64,000 bases of DNA from Lama glama (Eukaryota). The stretch lies in the NCBI GenBank assembly GCA_028534125.1, contig CM052817.1:69752001-69816000 (forward strand). The letters run 5' to 3'. A program made the translations under genes and the position numbers. Positions within the stretch are counted from its first letter, which is position 1. Every line of letters begins with the position of its first letter. The notes below the pieces were generated by a model. That model searched no databases. It saw only the letters and a list, made by a program, of their open reading frames with translations, and was not told where the DNA came from. Positions 1-12,938 of the stretch are shown in pieces.

Positions 1-399
1 TGTTTTAAAATGATGGCTCATTCATAATTAAAAGAAGATCTTCAGAGTGAGTGAAAACAAGTTGCCAGAATTCTAGGTTTTCTACTAATTATATGAACCT
101 TGGGTAAATCATGTACCTTCGAGGGGTGGGTGGTGGGGTAATTGGATAAATTTATCTCAAAAGATTCTTCCTCTAAAATTATTCTAGGTTCTTAATTTGT
201 GTGTCATCTATATCTGAAAATAATAATTTAATCAAAACCACAAACTGTCTTCAAGTACCTTACTATATAGAGAGCATTGTGTTAAAAAGTTTTGTATGTT
301 AAAGTAGCTAAATAAATAAATAAATTTTTTAAATTAAAAAAAATAAAGTAGCTAAAATAGTAAGTAATGGGTGCAACACCAAACACACCATATATTCTT

Positions 400-1520
400 T
401 TCCCTACATTCTTTAAGTGTAATTATTGAGGTTCATCCATGTTGTTTATCAATAGTTCATTCCATTTTATTGATGATTAGTATTTCATTGTATGTTGTTA
501 TACCTTTGTCAAATTAACATTTGTTAAGGGGAGCATATGGTGCTGGATGGTGACTTGTGGCTCAACTATAGACTACAAGAGAAATTGAAATAGAAAAGCT
601 TATTACTTATACAGGTCCTGAGCAAAGTAAGTACATAGCACATCTTGAGGGACCACATGGCAGGGTGCAGGCAGAGAAAGAGGCACATGCCTTTATTAGC
701 GGGGCACATGCTTTGGAGCTAAGGCTGTATTGGTTAATTCAAACCAAAAAGAATGAGGTTTTGTTAAGCTCCATTGGGGGGGTTATCTAAGAGGCCCACC
801 AGGAAAGGCCTTGGGAGGCAGGGGAGACTTGATCACAAGGCTACTCGGGGAGTTGCTGGTGACCCTGAAAGCTGTTTTCTGGGGCATGTGCTTGCATGAT
901 GGAGCTAGTGTCAGTTTAAACCCCTCTGTGCCCCCAAGGCCACTTGGCCACACAAGATGACGCTGAGACAGCAGTACCATTAAGTAACTTAACTAAACTC
1001 TCGACAAATGGATATACCATAATTTGTTTATTCACCTGTTTGGTGGATATTTGGGTAATTTCATTTTGGGGCTATTGCAGATAAAGCTGCCATGATCATC
1101 CACATACAAGTCTTTGTGTAGACAAATACTTTCTTTTCCCCTGGGTAAATACTTAGGAGAGGAATGGCTGAGCCATATGGTAGATAAATGTTTAATTTTT
1201 TGAAAACCTGCCAAAACCATTTTTCAAAGTAGTTGTACAAATTTACATTCCTGCCAGCAGCATATGAGAATTGTAGTTGCTCCACATCCTTGCCAATACT
1301 TGGTATGGATGGTCTTTTAATTTTAGTCATTGCTGTAGTATGCAATGGTATCTCATTGTGGTTTTAATTTGCACTTCCCTAATGACTAGTGATGTTAAAC
1401 ATCTTTTCATGTGCTTGTTTGCTGTTTGTATAGATTCTTTGGTTAAGGGTCTGATCAGATCTTTTGCCTATTTTCTAACTGAATTGTTTGTTCTCTTATT
1501 ACTGAATTTTGAAAATTCTT
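400..1520 (-). mobile_element. Old L1M (L1MB/MC-like) ORF2 C-terminus and 3' region, interrupted by an LTR at 496-1006
   Basis: ORF 1061..1345(-) contains 'SAIPLLSIYP..KTCMWMIMAALSAIA', matching the L1 ORF2 C-terminal '[24 protein letters not shown]'. L1 sequence 'cattgtatg|gatatacca' is continuous across the insert. Confidence 0.85.
496..1006 (-). mobile_element. Solo LTR (probably ERVL class) nested in L1M
   Basis: TG...CA termini (tgttatac...ctcgaca), 511 bp, degenerate 5-bp TSD tatgt/aatgg. AATAAA on the minus strand near 692-697. Confidence 0.7.
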
Positions 1521-1559
1521 TATCTAGTACATCTCAAACATTTTACCTTACATCTCTAG

Positions 1560-2470
1560 GAGTTCGACATGGGTCTTTTTTTTTAATATACCTTCCATGC
1601 CTCCATTTAACATGAGAAGTCTTTCCCCTACATGTTTAAATATATGTAATGTAACTGCTTAATGTCCTTATCTACTAATTTTATTATTTGTATGTACATC
1701 TTTTTGTATTGATTCATTTTTCTCATTATATGACGTATCTTCCCTCTTCCAACCTCTTGTCCTCCTTATTAGACCCCTGATATTGTGAATTTTACCTCAT
1801 TGAATGCTGAATACTTTTGTATTCCTACAAATGTTCTTGAACTTTATTCTGGGTCACAGTTAAGTTACTTGGAAACAGTTTGTTCCTTTCAAGGCTTGTT
1901 TTTAGCATCATCAGGTGATACCCGAGCAACCTTTTGTCCATGGTACCCTACCACTCAGAACACCATTTTGCCCAATGCCAAGGTTTTCTACTCTGGCTAG
2001 TGGCAGCACTATTCCTGCTAGGTATGAACTCCAGGCATTTTCCCCTCTGCTCCTTTTAGGTGGTGTTTTTCTCTGTCCTACATTAGTTTCCTCACTTGCC
2101 TGAATGCTCAGGTAGACGTTCTGCCACCTCTGAAGCTTTCTCTATGTATCTCTCTCCTCTCTAGCACTCTGCTTTGTCTCCCTTACTCCCAGCTCTGTCT
2201 CCTTCACTCAGGGGGACTCCTGTTAAGGACTTCCCCCTTCCTTCACTGTAACCTTAGAACTCTCTCCAGGTAGTAGAGCTGAGGCAGTTATAGGGCTTAC
2301 CTTATTTATTTCCTCGTATTTCAGTGATCACTGCCCTAAACTGCCTGGTATCTAATGTCTGAAAATCATTGTTTCATATATTATTTTGTTGAGTTTTGAG
2401 GGTTTTTTTAAACTGTTTCAGGTGGGATAATACATCCAATCTCTGACACTTTATCTGCCCAGAATCAGAA
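1560..2470 (-). mobile_element. Degraded old L1 (L1MD/ME-like) fragments
   Basis: T-rich sequence resembling antisense old-L1 5'/inter-ORF regions; boundaries approximate. Confidence 0.45.
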
Positions 2471-2659
2471 GTTGCTTTTTATGTGGTTACTGTTATAGTC
2501 ATACTTCTTTGCTTTTTTAAAATTTTGTTTTGTTTCACCATTTAAATATATATCCCTAGATACTGTTAATCACACCAATTTAAAAAATATACCAGGTCTT
2601 TAAAACTACTTTAATCTGTAAATTTACTTCTCCATCCTTTTTATTTCCTTACAATATCA

Positions 2660-4150
2660 CTAAAGGGAAATGGGGTACTGAACCAAGTAAATTTGGAAAA
2701 GAGTGGAATCTGTAAAACCAAAGGCAAAAGGAACTGCATACAACCACTGTACTCTAGTTGATAAAGTCATTCCCATGAGTGTACAGGTTAATAATTCTGA
2801 TGCTACTATACACGTACAATGGAATTGAACAATTAAGTAAATGGATGGCACAAAGTAGGAACTAGGTTCCTCACTGTTGGAGTAGGATCAGTTAAGCGAG
2901 GGATGAGGGTTTGGAAGAGGCTATAATGGTTCATTTGGTAATGGATTAGAATTGGAGACATTAGTAAAAACTCATGTATAGCTTATTATATATATAGATG
3001 ATTATATGTAGAAATACTTACAGATATGTGTATATACATAAGTGGTATGTGCATGTCTATTTCTTTGCTCTGTCGGCTGAGAGGACTCAAAAGAAATAAC
3101 ACCCCACTCATATTAACAAGCATATCTAATGCCCAGATCTTGGTTTCTAGTGACACTTCCAGTAAAAATAACCAAGTTTCCTTGGAATGATGGCTGATTT
3201 TAGGACTAGTGAAGGAATGTGCAAGATGAGCCTGAAACATCCTATAGTATCAGAAAGTAAGAAAGTACAGAAAACAAAAACAAAACGAAACAACAAAATA
3301 TCACATTCATGTAGGTCTGTCAAAGGAGCATAGGAACCAAATGAAAGAGTTGCCAATGGCCAAAGCTGGAACAATTTGAGTGACAAAATAAAGTAGTATT
3401 GGATTATCATAAGTATAAAATAAATATCTGTGAGTCCATATTGATATAAATAAATGATTGAATAATTAAATAAGAGGGGGAAGAGACAAATCTCCATGCA
3501 GAAGAATTCCAAATAATTTATGTAGATACTCGACTCTCAAGCAAAGGGACCATAAGTCATCACTCTTTAAATGTGGGCTGGGCACTCTTCTTCCCAAATG
3601 TACATTATGGAAATGGAGAGAAAAAGAGTAACCTTACAGTGAATAAACTTGACAAATACTACCTGAGACAGGTAATCAAGATCGACATCAACAGTGATGT
3701 GCTGTTTACCTCTTTACCTCTGTGCTCTTCCTCCAAAAACCCATGGCTCCAATCGAATCATGAGACAAACTCCAATAGAGGAATAACCTACAAAATACCT
3801 GGGCAGTAGCCAAAACTGTCAAGGTCATCAGAAACAAGAGAAGTCTAAGAAACTGTCACAGCCAAAAGAAGCTTAAGGAGACCTGACAACTAATTGCAAT
3901 GTGGTGTCCTGGATGGGACTCCGGAGCTCAAAAAGAAATTAAGTAAAAACTAAGGAAATCTGAATCAACTGTGAACTTTAATAATGATATATCAGCATTT
4001 GTTCATTAAGTGTAACATTGTACCATAGAAAGGTAAATGTTAACAATAGGGAAAACTGGGTGTGGGGGTATTTGCAAACTCTCTGTACCATCTGCTTAAT
4101 TTTTCTGTAAATATACAATTATTCCCAGAAATAAAGACTGTTTAAAAAAA
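2660..4150 (+). mobile_element. L1MC/L1MD-type 3' UTR
   Basis: Typical old-L1 3' UTR motifs, ending 'gggaaaactgggtgtggggg..actctctgtaccatctg..aataaag..aaaaaaaa'. Confidence 0.8.
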
Positions 4151-5004
4151 AGAATTCTGACACCCCAAAGCAAACATGTTTCTCTCTTGTGCTAAATCCC
4201 CAAATACTCACCACCCACCACTTACCATCCACTGAGCTTGCTCAGACAACAACAGGCAAATTCTGTTTACTTCTGGCGTCGCAACTTAATTTCTTCTCCC
4301 TTATGTAAAATGCAGCACTGCCCACTGACTGACTTGGTGTTCAGTTGTCAGTATTCTACACCTTCTCACTAACGTTTTAGACCTGGCATTTCTGTGGACT
4401 TAGCTAAATTTCGCTGAATTTTCTGGGTGCTGTTCCCTACTCGTCACCACTCCCTCCGAATAAATACCCTAGTTGGTGATTGCATGCTGACTCTACCATA
4501 GACTTAGACTAGTGGCCAGCAGAAGATTTCTTCTGGTTTTGCATTGTTCTGTAGAACTGCTCTGCCTTAGTAGTGAGCTAAACTTGGCACAACAGTTCCA
4601 ACTTCACTGGTATCCATGTGCTCTCTCCTTCCACCTGTCACCTTCCTTCCATAATTAATTTCCTCATCATTCCTTTCTGGTGGTCCGTGGGGGGAAATAA
4701 CATGCCCAGAACTAATTTTCAGAATATGTTTCTGAGATCCTTTACAGAAAAATTCTGTTAACATCAGTTTCTTCTGTAGCTGTTAACCAGAGTTTCCTAC
4801 AACAGTTGAAAAAGCTTACTGAGCAATTGGTTTGCCAGCCTACCCTGTCGTTCTACTTATTGTTGGGGCCACTAGTAGAAGTTCCCACTGAATTTGCATG
4901 CTTGTTAAGGGCCATGTCATAGTGGCACTTCTCCCCTGAGTAGATAATTGAATAGAGTGTGTTCCCATTCTGAATAAGACAGCATAAGGCCTCTCTCCCT
5001 GACA

Positions 5005-5460
5005 TCATGTATTAGACTCTTCCAGACAGTAAAATGTGGGGACATAGTTGGGCTACCTCAGTTAATGGGGTTTTATTCTAAAGATGGGGGAAGAAAGGAA
5101 ATAGGAAGTGCTCTCAATAGCCACACAGCCAGGATGAAGACAGCATCGCAGGGCTCCATATAATGGAACCTCACGTGTTCTCTGCTTCTGCTCCTACCCC
5201 TACCACTAACTGACTGATTTTCCCACATTCAAACTACCCAAGGGACAGGATCTAATTGGTCTGTATCACAATCCAATTTAGATTAATTTTGGTAAAAGCT
5301 CTTGTGCCAGTTTATCCTTTAAGTTGCTGGCCAGCCTACAGATAGCTTCCTTTGGATCAGGTGCCCATTCGAGTCTAGTCACCTGCACCCAGGAGATGGG
5401 GTCACACAGACTAAAGCACAACAATTAATTCATTAGGAAGCACCTAGATGGGGCTTGTAG
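5005..5460 (-). mobile_element. Very old MLT1 (MaLR) LTR remnant
   Basis: Starts 'tgtattagactcttcc' and contains 'tctaattggtc' and 'ggatcaggtgccca' motifs typical of old MLT1 LTRs. Confidence 0.45.
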
Positions 5461-5546
5461 GTCAGGAAGAAACTCAGATTCACATATGCCTTTCTTACAT
5501 AATAGACCTGTTTTTCACAAAGTTCCTTCCTTTACAAACACCAATT

Positions 5547-5842
5547 CTTTTGGTTTGTTTTTTTTCACATTTTTTAATTGAGTTATAGTCACTTTACAAT
5601 GTTGTGTCAAATTCCAGTGTAGAGCGCAATTTTTCAGTTATACATGAACATATATGTATTCATTGTCACATTTTTTTTGCTATGAGCTACCATAAGATCT
5701 TGTATATATTTCCCTGTGCTATGCAGTATAATTTTGTTTTTCTATTCTACATTTTGAAATCCCAGTCTGTCCCTTCCACTGCCCCCCCGGCCCCCTTGGC
5801 AACCACAAGTTTGTATTTTATGTCTATGAGTCTGTTTCTGTT
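5547..5842 (-). mobile_element. Young camelid-type L1 3' end, 5'-truncated
   Basis: Poly-T then 'gagttatagtcactttacaatgttgtgtcaaattccagtgtagagc'. TSD aaacaccaatt at 5536-5546 and 5845-5855. Confidence 0.9.
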
Positions 5843-5899
5843 AGAAACACCAATTGTTTCTAATTTCTACACATGTTTTGTGAAAAAGGGGCTCATGAT

Positions 5900-5962
5900 A
5901 AATCTCATTCAACAAATATTTATAAGTGATTACTAAGTGTCAGGCATAGTTCTATGCACTTA
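5900..5962 (-). mobile_element. L2 3' terminus
   Basis: 'cattcaacaaatattta...actaagtgtcaggcatagttcta'. Confidence 0.65.
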
Positions 5963-6199
5963 AATGTTTGGGAAATGCCAGTTTAAATGAAGTAAATTTA
6001 TTTTTATACTGCAAAATCCTTACTGATTTTAGATACCATTATAAACCCAAGAGGAGGACTATCATTTGCTTTGTCTCCCAGATTTATTAAGCTGGGAGCT
6101 CTTTTTCTGAAAGTCATTTCTTAAGCCTCAGATAACCCAAAGAATACACCCAGAGAAATATTCAGTTTTACCCTTGAGCAGTCAAGGGGACACATGGAC

Positions 6200-6722
6200 T
6201 GAAGTAGCCAAACTCCACAGGTACGTCCTCTCCCCTGATGAACCAACCATGCTTCCTGCACCCTGTGTAGTCCTCTCCCACACTGAACCCAGGCTGACCC
6301 GGTGACTTATTTTAGCCAACAGGATGTGCAGAAGTGACTGTGTGTCAGTTCCAGCTTACACCTGACAACTTAAGAAGTCTGGCCACCTTGTCAGAAGAGC
6401 TATGTGGACAGGCCACTTGGAGAAAGAGAGGTTCTGATGTTACCTGGAAAAGACCAAGGAACCCAACCAGCAGGGGGAACAAAAGCCCCAAGTATCTGAC
6501 TCTAGGAGAGCCATTCCAGCCAGACCCATCATTCAGTCCATCCTAGCCCAAGTGGCAGAAGTGAGTGAAGTGGCCATCCTGGATATTCCAGTCCTGTCTT
6601 AGTAGTGAATCAACAAGCCACAGCCAAATCCCAACCCACGAAAATGAGTCATAACAAAATGGTTGTTGTTTTAAGCCAATAAGTTTTGAAGTAAATTTTT
6701 AAACAATGATAGGTAAACAAAA
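6200..6722 (+). mobile_element. MLT1 (F/G/H-like) MaLR LTR
   Basis: 'gcagaagtgactgtgtgtcagttcca' and 3' end 'ggttgttgttttaagccaataagttttga'. Confidence 0.75.
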
Positions 6723-7886
6723 AATATGTTAACTGTTTTGGAAAAAATACTGCATAAACTTAATATATTGTGCCTAAACTATATTTATAAACACATGTGT
6801 CTGCTTCAGAAATGACTCATTTTAGAGGAAATACATTAGATAGTTATTTATAAATACTTAAATAATTTCACTGTTTACTACAATCATTTGAATTCCTTTA
6901 CTTTTGAAAATGACCATTTTATCAGTAAAAAATTACAAATCAAATAAAGGAAGTTATGAAATATTTAATCACAGAGAAGCCAATTCAATTGTGCATACTT
7001 CTTGCAGTAAACAAAATTAAAATACTTTCATACAATAAGGAAATAAGGAAAAATTGATTGAACCTGAGACATCCATTAGTTTATAATAGGCAAATCTAAT
7101 TTAAAAGCACATCAGCTTGTTTAGACTGCAACAAATATCAATAGCAGTTAGGAAATTATAAATTCATGACATAAAAACAAGGCCCTAATTTCAGTGAGGG
7201 AGCATTATCCTGTTATTTACAAGCTTGAGGATACTCAGTATTTACCCTAAGAAGATAAAATGTTCAATTAAACACAGTTATCTTCCTTTCCTCCTCCTCC
7301 TTTCCCCTGCCCTTCCTCCTCTCACCCCTAATCTTTTCCTCCGTAGATGCCCAGAATACTAGGTAGGTCACATTCTGAGTTTTCGTGAGATGGTGTTCTG
7401 AGAAGCCCACACATTTATTTTACACAAGCCAGTCAGAAGCCCAGATGTTGTGTTCCTATGCTGTAATATCAAGAAATCCTCTCCATTTCAGGATTTGCTC
7501 CTTTCTAGGTTAACAATCTAGCAACATAAGATGCACAGGATCCTAAATCAAGCTCTTCACTCTTAACATAAAAGCTGTATTCTTGGTTAACTTCATTGTA
7601 GCATGATTTCCAGATATTCACACAAAGATTATTCCATTTGGATATTTTAGTATACAAAATTCACTAAAGCAAGAGTTATAGAACAAGAATCCAAATATTT
7701 GAGGGTAAGTTTTTATTTTGGAATTATAGGAACACATTTCAAGATAGTATGAAAAGACACACTAATAACATTATGTCCAATAAAATACAAAGTTAATATT
7801 GTTAAAAGAAAAACTAGAAGAAAGGGAGACGTCATGGAGGCTCAAAGACAAAACTTCCGCTCTTCAAATGAACGTGTCATAGTATT

Positions 7887-8696
7887 TGCTATGGACTGGG
7901 TATTTGTGTCCCCTGCCAAATTCATATGTTGAATTCTAATTCGAAAGTGATGGTGTTAGGGGTGGGGCATTAGGCCATAAGGGTTGACAAGTTCAAAAAT
8001 ATAATAGCCAATTGTATTACCAGCAAAACTGAGTTTTTTCAGAAATAGCAGAGGAATTACAACTCAGGATTTGGGAACTATGGTGGACCATAGGCAAATC
8101 CAGAGAACAAGAAAGGGGAAATTGCCTTGTAGGGAAAAGGTGGTAGTTGGGAATGGTTGTGATAATCAAGGAGTCCATTTGAGGAAGCTTGGAGTCCAAA
8201 GTGTGGAGGATTTCCACTGGTTGGGCTGCTACACTGTCAGATTGGCTGGGCTGTCACGGGCAGAGAGAAGGTTTCTTCTTCTTACTAGATGATAAAATAG
8301 AGGTACTTTCCAGTTGGAGATATAAGCAGAAATCTCTTTCTATCTGGAGTAATTGATGATGTATGGCAGAGCGTGAGAGCTCCCCCTACAGGCCTGTCCT
8401 AACTCCAGTTTTAGCTCAGGTTCTTTAATTTCATAGGGTGGAACCCTCATGAATGGGATTAGTGCCTTATAAAAGAGACCCCAGAGGGATCCAAAGGGCC
8501 TTCAACCACAAGAGGACACAGTGAGAAGACACCAGCTATGAAGCAGGAAGAGGGCCCTCATCAGAAATGAGCCCTGCTGGTGCCCTGATCTTAGACAAAC
8601 TTCCCAGCCTCCACAACTGTGAGAAATAAATGTCTGCTGTTTATAAGCCACTCAGTCTGAGGTATTTTGTTACAACCACCTGAACAGACTAAGACA
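7887..8696 (+). mobile_element. MLT1A-like LTR, split by a nested LTR
   Basis: Starts 'tgctatggactg..tgtgtccc..aaattcatatgttga' and ends 'aataaatgtctgctgtttataagccac..gactaagaca'. Confidence 0.85.
7985..8435 (-). mobile_element. Solo LTR (ERV1-like) inserted in MLT1A
   Basis: About 450 bp beginning TG, ending 'tttcata', flanked by duplicated (a)gggt at 7980-7984 and 8435-8439. Host MLT1A is continuous across it. Strand tentative. Confidence 0.7.
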
Positions 8697-9557
8697 GTGC
8701 TTATGTCTGTAGTTTCTCCAGGGCACTGATTTGTGTCTCATTTTTTAATTTATGCTGAAACACAACTCCAGAACTAGATTCTTGGTCTATTTAGATACAG
8801 TCCATTTAATGAAATATTTCCTCTAAAGTAAATTTAGGTTTAAATTAGTGATAGTGATCTGTTTCCTTCAATACAACAGTTGCTCCTAAGATAAGTATAG
8901 TGGGATATGATTTGTGATCAGAAGACAAAGGGCAATTAAAACTAGGTACTGCAAGCTAAAAGATGAACAAAGTAAAGTAGGGTACCATTGTTCCTTGGTA
9001 GAGCTCATAAATTCTTACAGGAGACAGAGAGGTGCAAGTCTGCCTGAACTTGTGTTACTCCACTATTAAATGTGTGTTCTCCCAGTATTTAACCTGGAAT
9101 AGTTAGATATAGGAAAAAACTGAAAGGTCAAACCTGAAGAGAGTGAAGCCACACATATTAAAAAGAAACAAAATTAAGGCAGCTAACTCTATGATACCTC
9201 CAAACACTGGGATGCAAGAAACAGCAAAATAATTCTCTGTTGCATTCAAGAGTAAACCTGGATGAAGCAAAAAATACATTAAAATATATGCAAATATATT
9301 TCACCTCTCATCAAACCCTTAACAGGTCATTTTATCTAAAGAGAAAGAGACCAAGATGAACAAAATCTTTGGTATACTTATTCCACTTTTCCTCACTCTG
9401 TGTGTGTTTTCATCTGCATATGTGTGTGATATTTACACACTTGTATAAAAAAGTTGTTTTCATCTGGACATCAAATTAGAGGTACTATAATGTTTGTTAA
9501 TCAGAATTATTATGGAAAAATCTGCACTTAGTAATTAACTATTTTATTTAACCAATA

Positions 9558-10160
9558 AAATTAGTCAAGAGTCTTTTGGTTGCAAGTAACTGAAAACATT
9601 CAAATGGATTTTAGCTGAAAGTGACTATTGGCATAAGGATCTGAAAAGTCCAAATGCAGTACAAGCTTCAAGCACAGCTGGTTCTAGATATTCAAGAAAT
9701 ATTAGGACTCTGTCTATCTCTTGTCTTTACTTTCTGCTGTGTCAGTTTTACTCTCGGGAAAGTTTTCATCAAGGGGTATCAGTTTGGTCAGCAGCAGCTC
9801 CAGGCTTACATCCTAGCCTAGCAATCATAGCAAAGCAAGAGGAACCAGGAGATGCAAGTCTGTTGTGCCAGAAATTATCCTTAGACTGAGTCTCATTAGT
9901 CTGTCCTGGACAGTGTTCCTGCCTGTTCTAGAACTAATCACAGGACTAGGGAGAAGGGGTGGCATGTGCATGTTCTGATGAACCAAACTGAGCCTAAGGC
10001 TTCTGGGACTTGGGCAGCTCCAGCTGAATAGGGGATGTTATCTGCACAGAAACCACAGGGAAAGTCAAGGGGAAGGGATGGTTCATGGAGGAAAACTGGG
10101 GCTTCTTTTACCAGCATAAGGAGGAATGAAAACTTGGCAAGCAACATCTGCATATCTACC
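9558..10160 (-). mobile_element. MLT1K/L-like old MaLR LTR
   Basis: 'attagtcaagagtcttttggttgcaagtaactgaaaac' and 'gcttcaagcacagctgg' hallmark sequences. Confidence 0.7.
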
Positions 10161-10369
10161 TGCTTCATTTCTTACTTACAAAGGTAGACAACAAGGCAGG
10201 GTGAGGGGTCCAGCTATTTGTGTTTTATAGTCATTTGAATTCTAGACAAGGGAGAGTTTTATCCAATGAAAATAAAATAGATTCAAGAAAAGTTTAAGGA
10301 CTGTGGGAAGGATAGCTAGGTCCCAGAGCAGCTGGTCAAAGAATCACACTACTGAGGCTTTAAAGTTGA

Positions 10370-10914
10370 TTCCCTTTATGTGCCTTTTCTGGCTTGCCAC
10401 CACCATTTGAGCTCTTTTTCCCTGTCTAGACAACTTCCTGCCTTTTGATCCACCTCCGCGTGGCAGAAGCCAGAAAACTCACTCTCCCAACTCACTCACA
10501 GCTGGCTGCAGGCACAGAACCTAGGCTCTCCCAATCACACACGCCCATGAGAGACATCAAATCACAAATGAGCTACACGGTAAGGTAGGACTGCAGGAAA
10601 TCCATTTGAGGGCAAAAGTAGCCGCTAAGAAGTCATCTTTCATGGTCAAAAGATGGAAATCCTGGTGTCTCATGTCCACAGTGAGAGGTGCACACTGTAG
10701 TGTCTGGTTTCATTGGAGCCTTTACAGTAAGGCACAATCTCACAATGTGATTCAGGCATTGTTTCTGACTGCATGGCCCCCAAACCTGGCTCTCTAGTTC
10801 TCCAAAGATTTTTTTGAGTTATCTAATATTCCTTAGGAATTGTCTTTTTTTTTTTCTCCTTAAACTAGTGAGAGTGGTTTGTTTGTTTTGTAAAGTAAGA
10901 GCCTGATTAATGCA
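10370..10914 (+). mobile_element. LTR33-like ERVL LTR
   Basis: 'ggcagaagccagaaaactcactctccca..cagctgg..ccaatca' and 3' end 'ttaaactagtgagagtggttt..aagagcctgattaatgca'. Confidence 0.65.
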
Positions 10915-10918
10915 TTCA

Positions 10919-11318
10919 CTCTATTTAGTTTGCTAGGTCTGTCATAACAAAGTACCATAGACTGGGTGGACTGAACAACAGAAATTTATTTTCTCGCATA
11001 TCTGGAAGCTAGAAGTCTGACATCAAAGTGTTGTCAGGGATGGTATCTTCTGAGGCTTCTCTACTTGACTCGTAGATGGCTGTTTTTTCCTTGTGTCCTC
11101 ACGTTCTTTCCTCTGTAACTGTCTGCATCCAGATTTCCTCTTCTTACAAGGACACAAGTCATACTGGAAGAAGGCCCAATCTAATAACTTAATAATTAAC
11201 TTAATTACCTCTTTGAAGACCTTATCTCTAAACATAGTCACATTCTGAGGTACTGGGAGTTAGGACTTCAACATAAGAATGGGACAGGGGGTTGGGGGAC
11301 ACAACTCAACCCATAATA
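10919..11318 (-). mobile_element. MLT1B-like LTR
   Basis: 'gtttgctagg..cataacaaagtaccatagactgggtgg..aacaacagaaatttatt' through 'gtcacattctgaggtactggg..ttaggacttcaaca'. Confidence 0.85.
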
Positions 11319-11655
11319 ATGACCATAGCTGTGGCGGTAATCAGAAAGAGGATCAAGAGTTGAGAGAAGAAATTTACCACTACCACTAAAGAAGAAGTTG
11401 ATACACACACTCTACAAATGAAAACAGAGTACTGGAATATTTTTACGTGAAAGATAAATTTGCATGCTAAAGTTTATCAAGAACATAGTACAGATATAAA
11501 AGGGAAAACTGAGTAATTGTTGGATGAGTTTATCAGTTCAAACACTAGATCTAGATTTTAAAAAAATAAAATTTGGTCAGAATTATTTGGATAATTGACT
11601 AAACTTTCTACTTATGTTATATGGTGACCCCAGCCCAAGTTCTGTACTTATTTTA

Positions 11656-12274
11656 TTCATTTTTAAATTTTTTAATTGAAGTATAGTCAGTTTATAATGT
11701 GTCAATTTCTAAAATGTTTAAGCCATATATATATATACACACATACATATATTCCTTTTCATATTCTTTTTCATTATAGGTTATTAAAGGTATTGAATAT
11801 AGTTCCCTGTGCTATACGGTGGAAATTGGTTGCTTATCTATTTTATATATAGTAGTTAGTATCTGCAAATCTTGATCTCCCAATTTATCCCTTCCCACCC
11901 CCTTCCCTTCCTGGTAACCATAAGTTTGTTTTCTAGGTCTGTGAGTCTGTTTCTTTTTTGTAAATAAGTTCATTTGTGTCTTTTTCTTGAGATTCCACAT
12001 ATAAATGATATATGGTATTTTTCTTTCTCTTTCTGGCTTACTTCACTTAGAATGACAGTCTCTAGGTCCATCCATGTTGCTGCAAATCGCATTATTTTAT
12101 TCCTTTTTATGTCTGAGAGTAGTATTCCATTGTATAGATATACCACAACCTCTGTATCCAGTCATCTGTCAATGGGCATTTCGGTTGTATCCATGTCTTG
12201 GCTGTTGTAAATAGCCTGCTATGAACATTGGGGCACATGTATCTTTTTGAATTAGAGTTCCCTCCAAATGTATG
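11656..12274 (-). mobile_element. L1 3' end, 5'-truncated (camelid/cetartiodactyl type)
   Basis: 'tttaattgaagtatagtcagttt'. Perfect 13-bp TSD tgtacttatttta at 11643-11655 and 12275-12287. Confidence 0.92.
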
Positions 12275-12295
12275 TGTACTTATTTTAGAAGGAAG

Positions 12296-12520
12296 TGTAT
12301 AGCATGTGCATTAAGAGCATGGACATAGGAACCAGCCTCTTGATTTAGACAAATCACATTTTTGCCATTTAACAGCTTTGTAAAATTTCTATAACTCAAT
12401 TTTTTTATCTTTAAAATGGGGGTAACATAGTAATCATTGAAGTCAAATATGTATTACATGCAAAACATGTAGAATATCCAGTACTCACTAAATACTCAAC
12501 ATATGGTAACTTTTTATTAT
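12296..12520 (+). mobile_element. MIR
   Basis: 'ttaagagcatggac..atctttaaaatgggg..aaatactcaacatatggtaact..ttattat'. Confidence 0.65.
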
Positions 12521-12919
12521 CTAAAACAAAAACCCTTTCCAAGTTGTAAACAACTAATACATTTTATTTTTTAAATTTCCTGCCCAATACATTTCAAAGA
12601 CCAATTGCACTATTTTTCTACTACTTCAATGATTTGACCCTCAGCCTTCCCCTCATATTCTTTATTCTCCCTAAAGGATCCTGTGCATTTGCCATTTTCT
12701 CTTTCGATCATCCACCCTCATTCAGTTCTGTCCTCACATGTATGTACACACATCTTTAGTAACCTCCTCCTTTCTTTCCTTAAGTTTAAAAACTGCTCAG
12801 TTAGCTCAGGAAACTCTCTCTCTTGATCTCTGGCTCCAATTTCAAAGAGTCAAGATCTTGACCGTGTTTTGAAATAATCTATTTAGGTGACACTATTTTT
12901 GTGGGGACAATTCTAAAGG

Positions 12920-12938
12920 TGAACACTAGATGGCAACA
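12920..12938 (+). promoter_or_regulatory. Candidate CTCF site
   Basis: TGAACACTAGATGGCAACA versus core CCAC(C/T)AG(A/G)(G/T)GGC(A/G); mismatch at the first core C. Confidence 0.4.
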
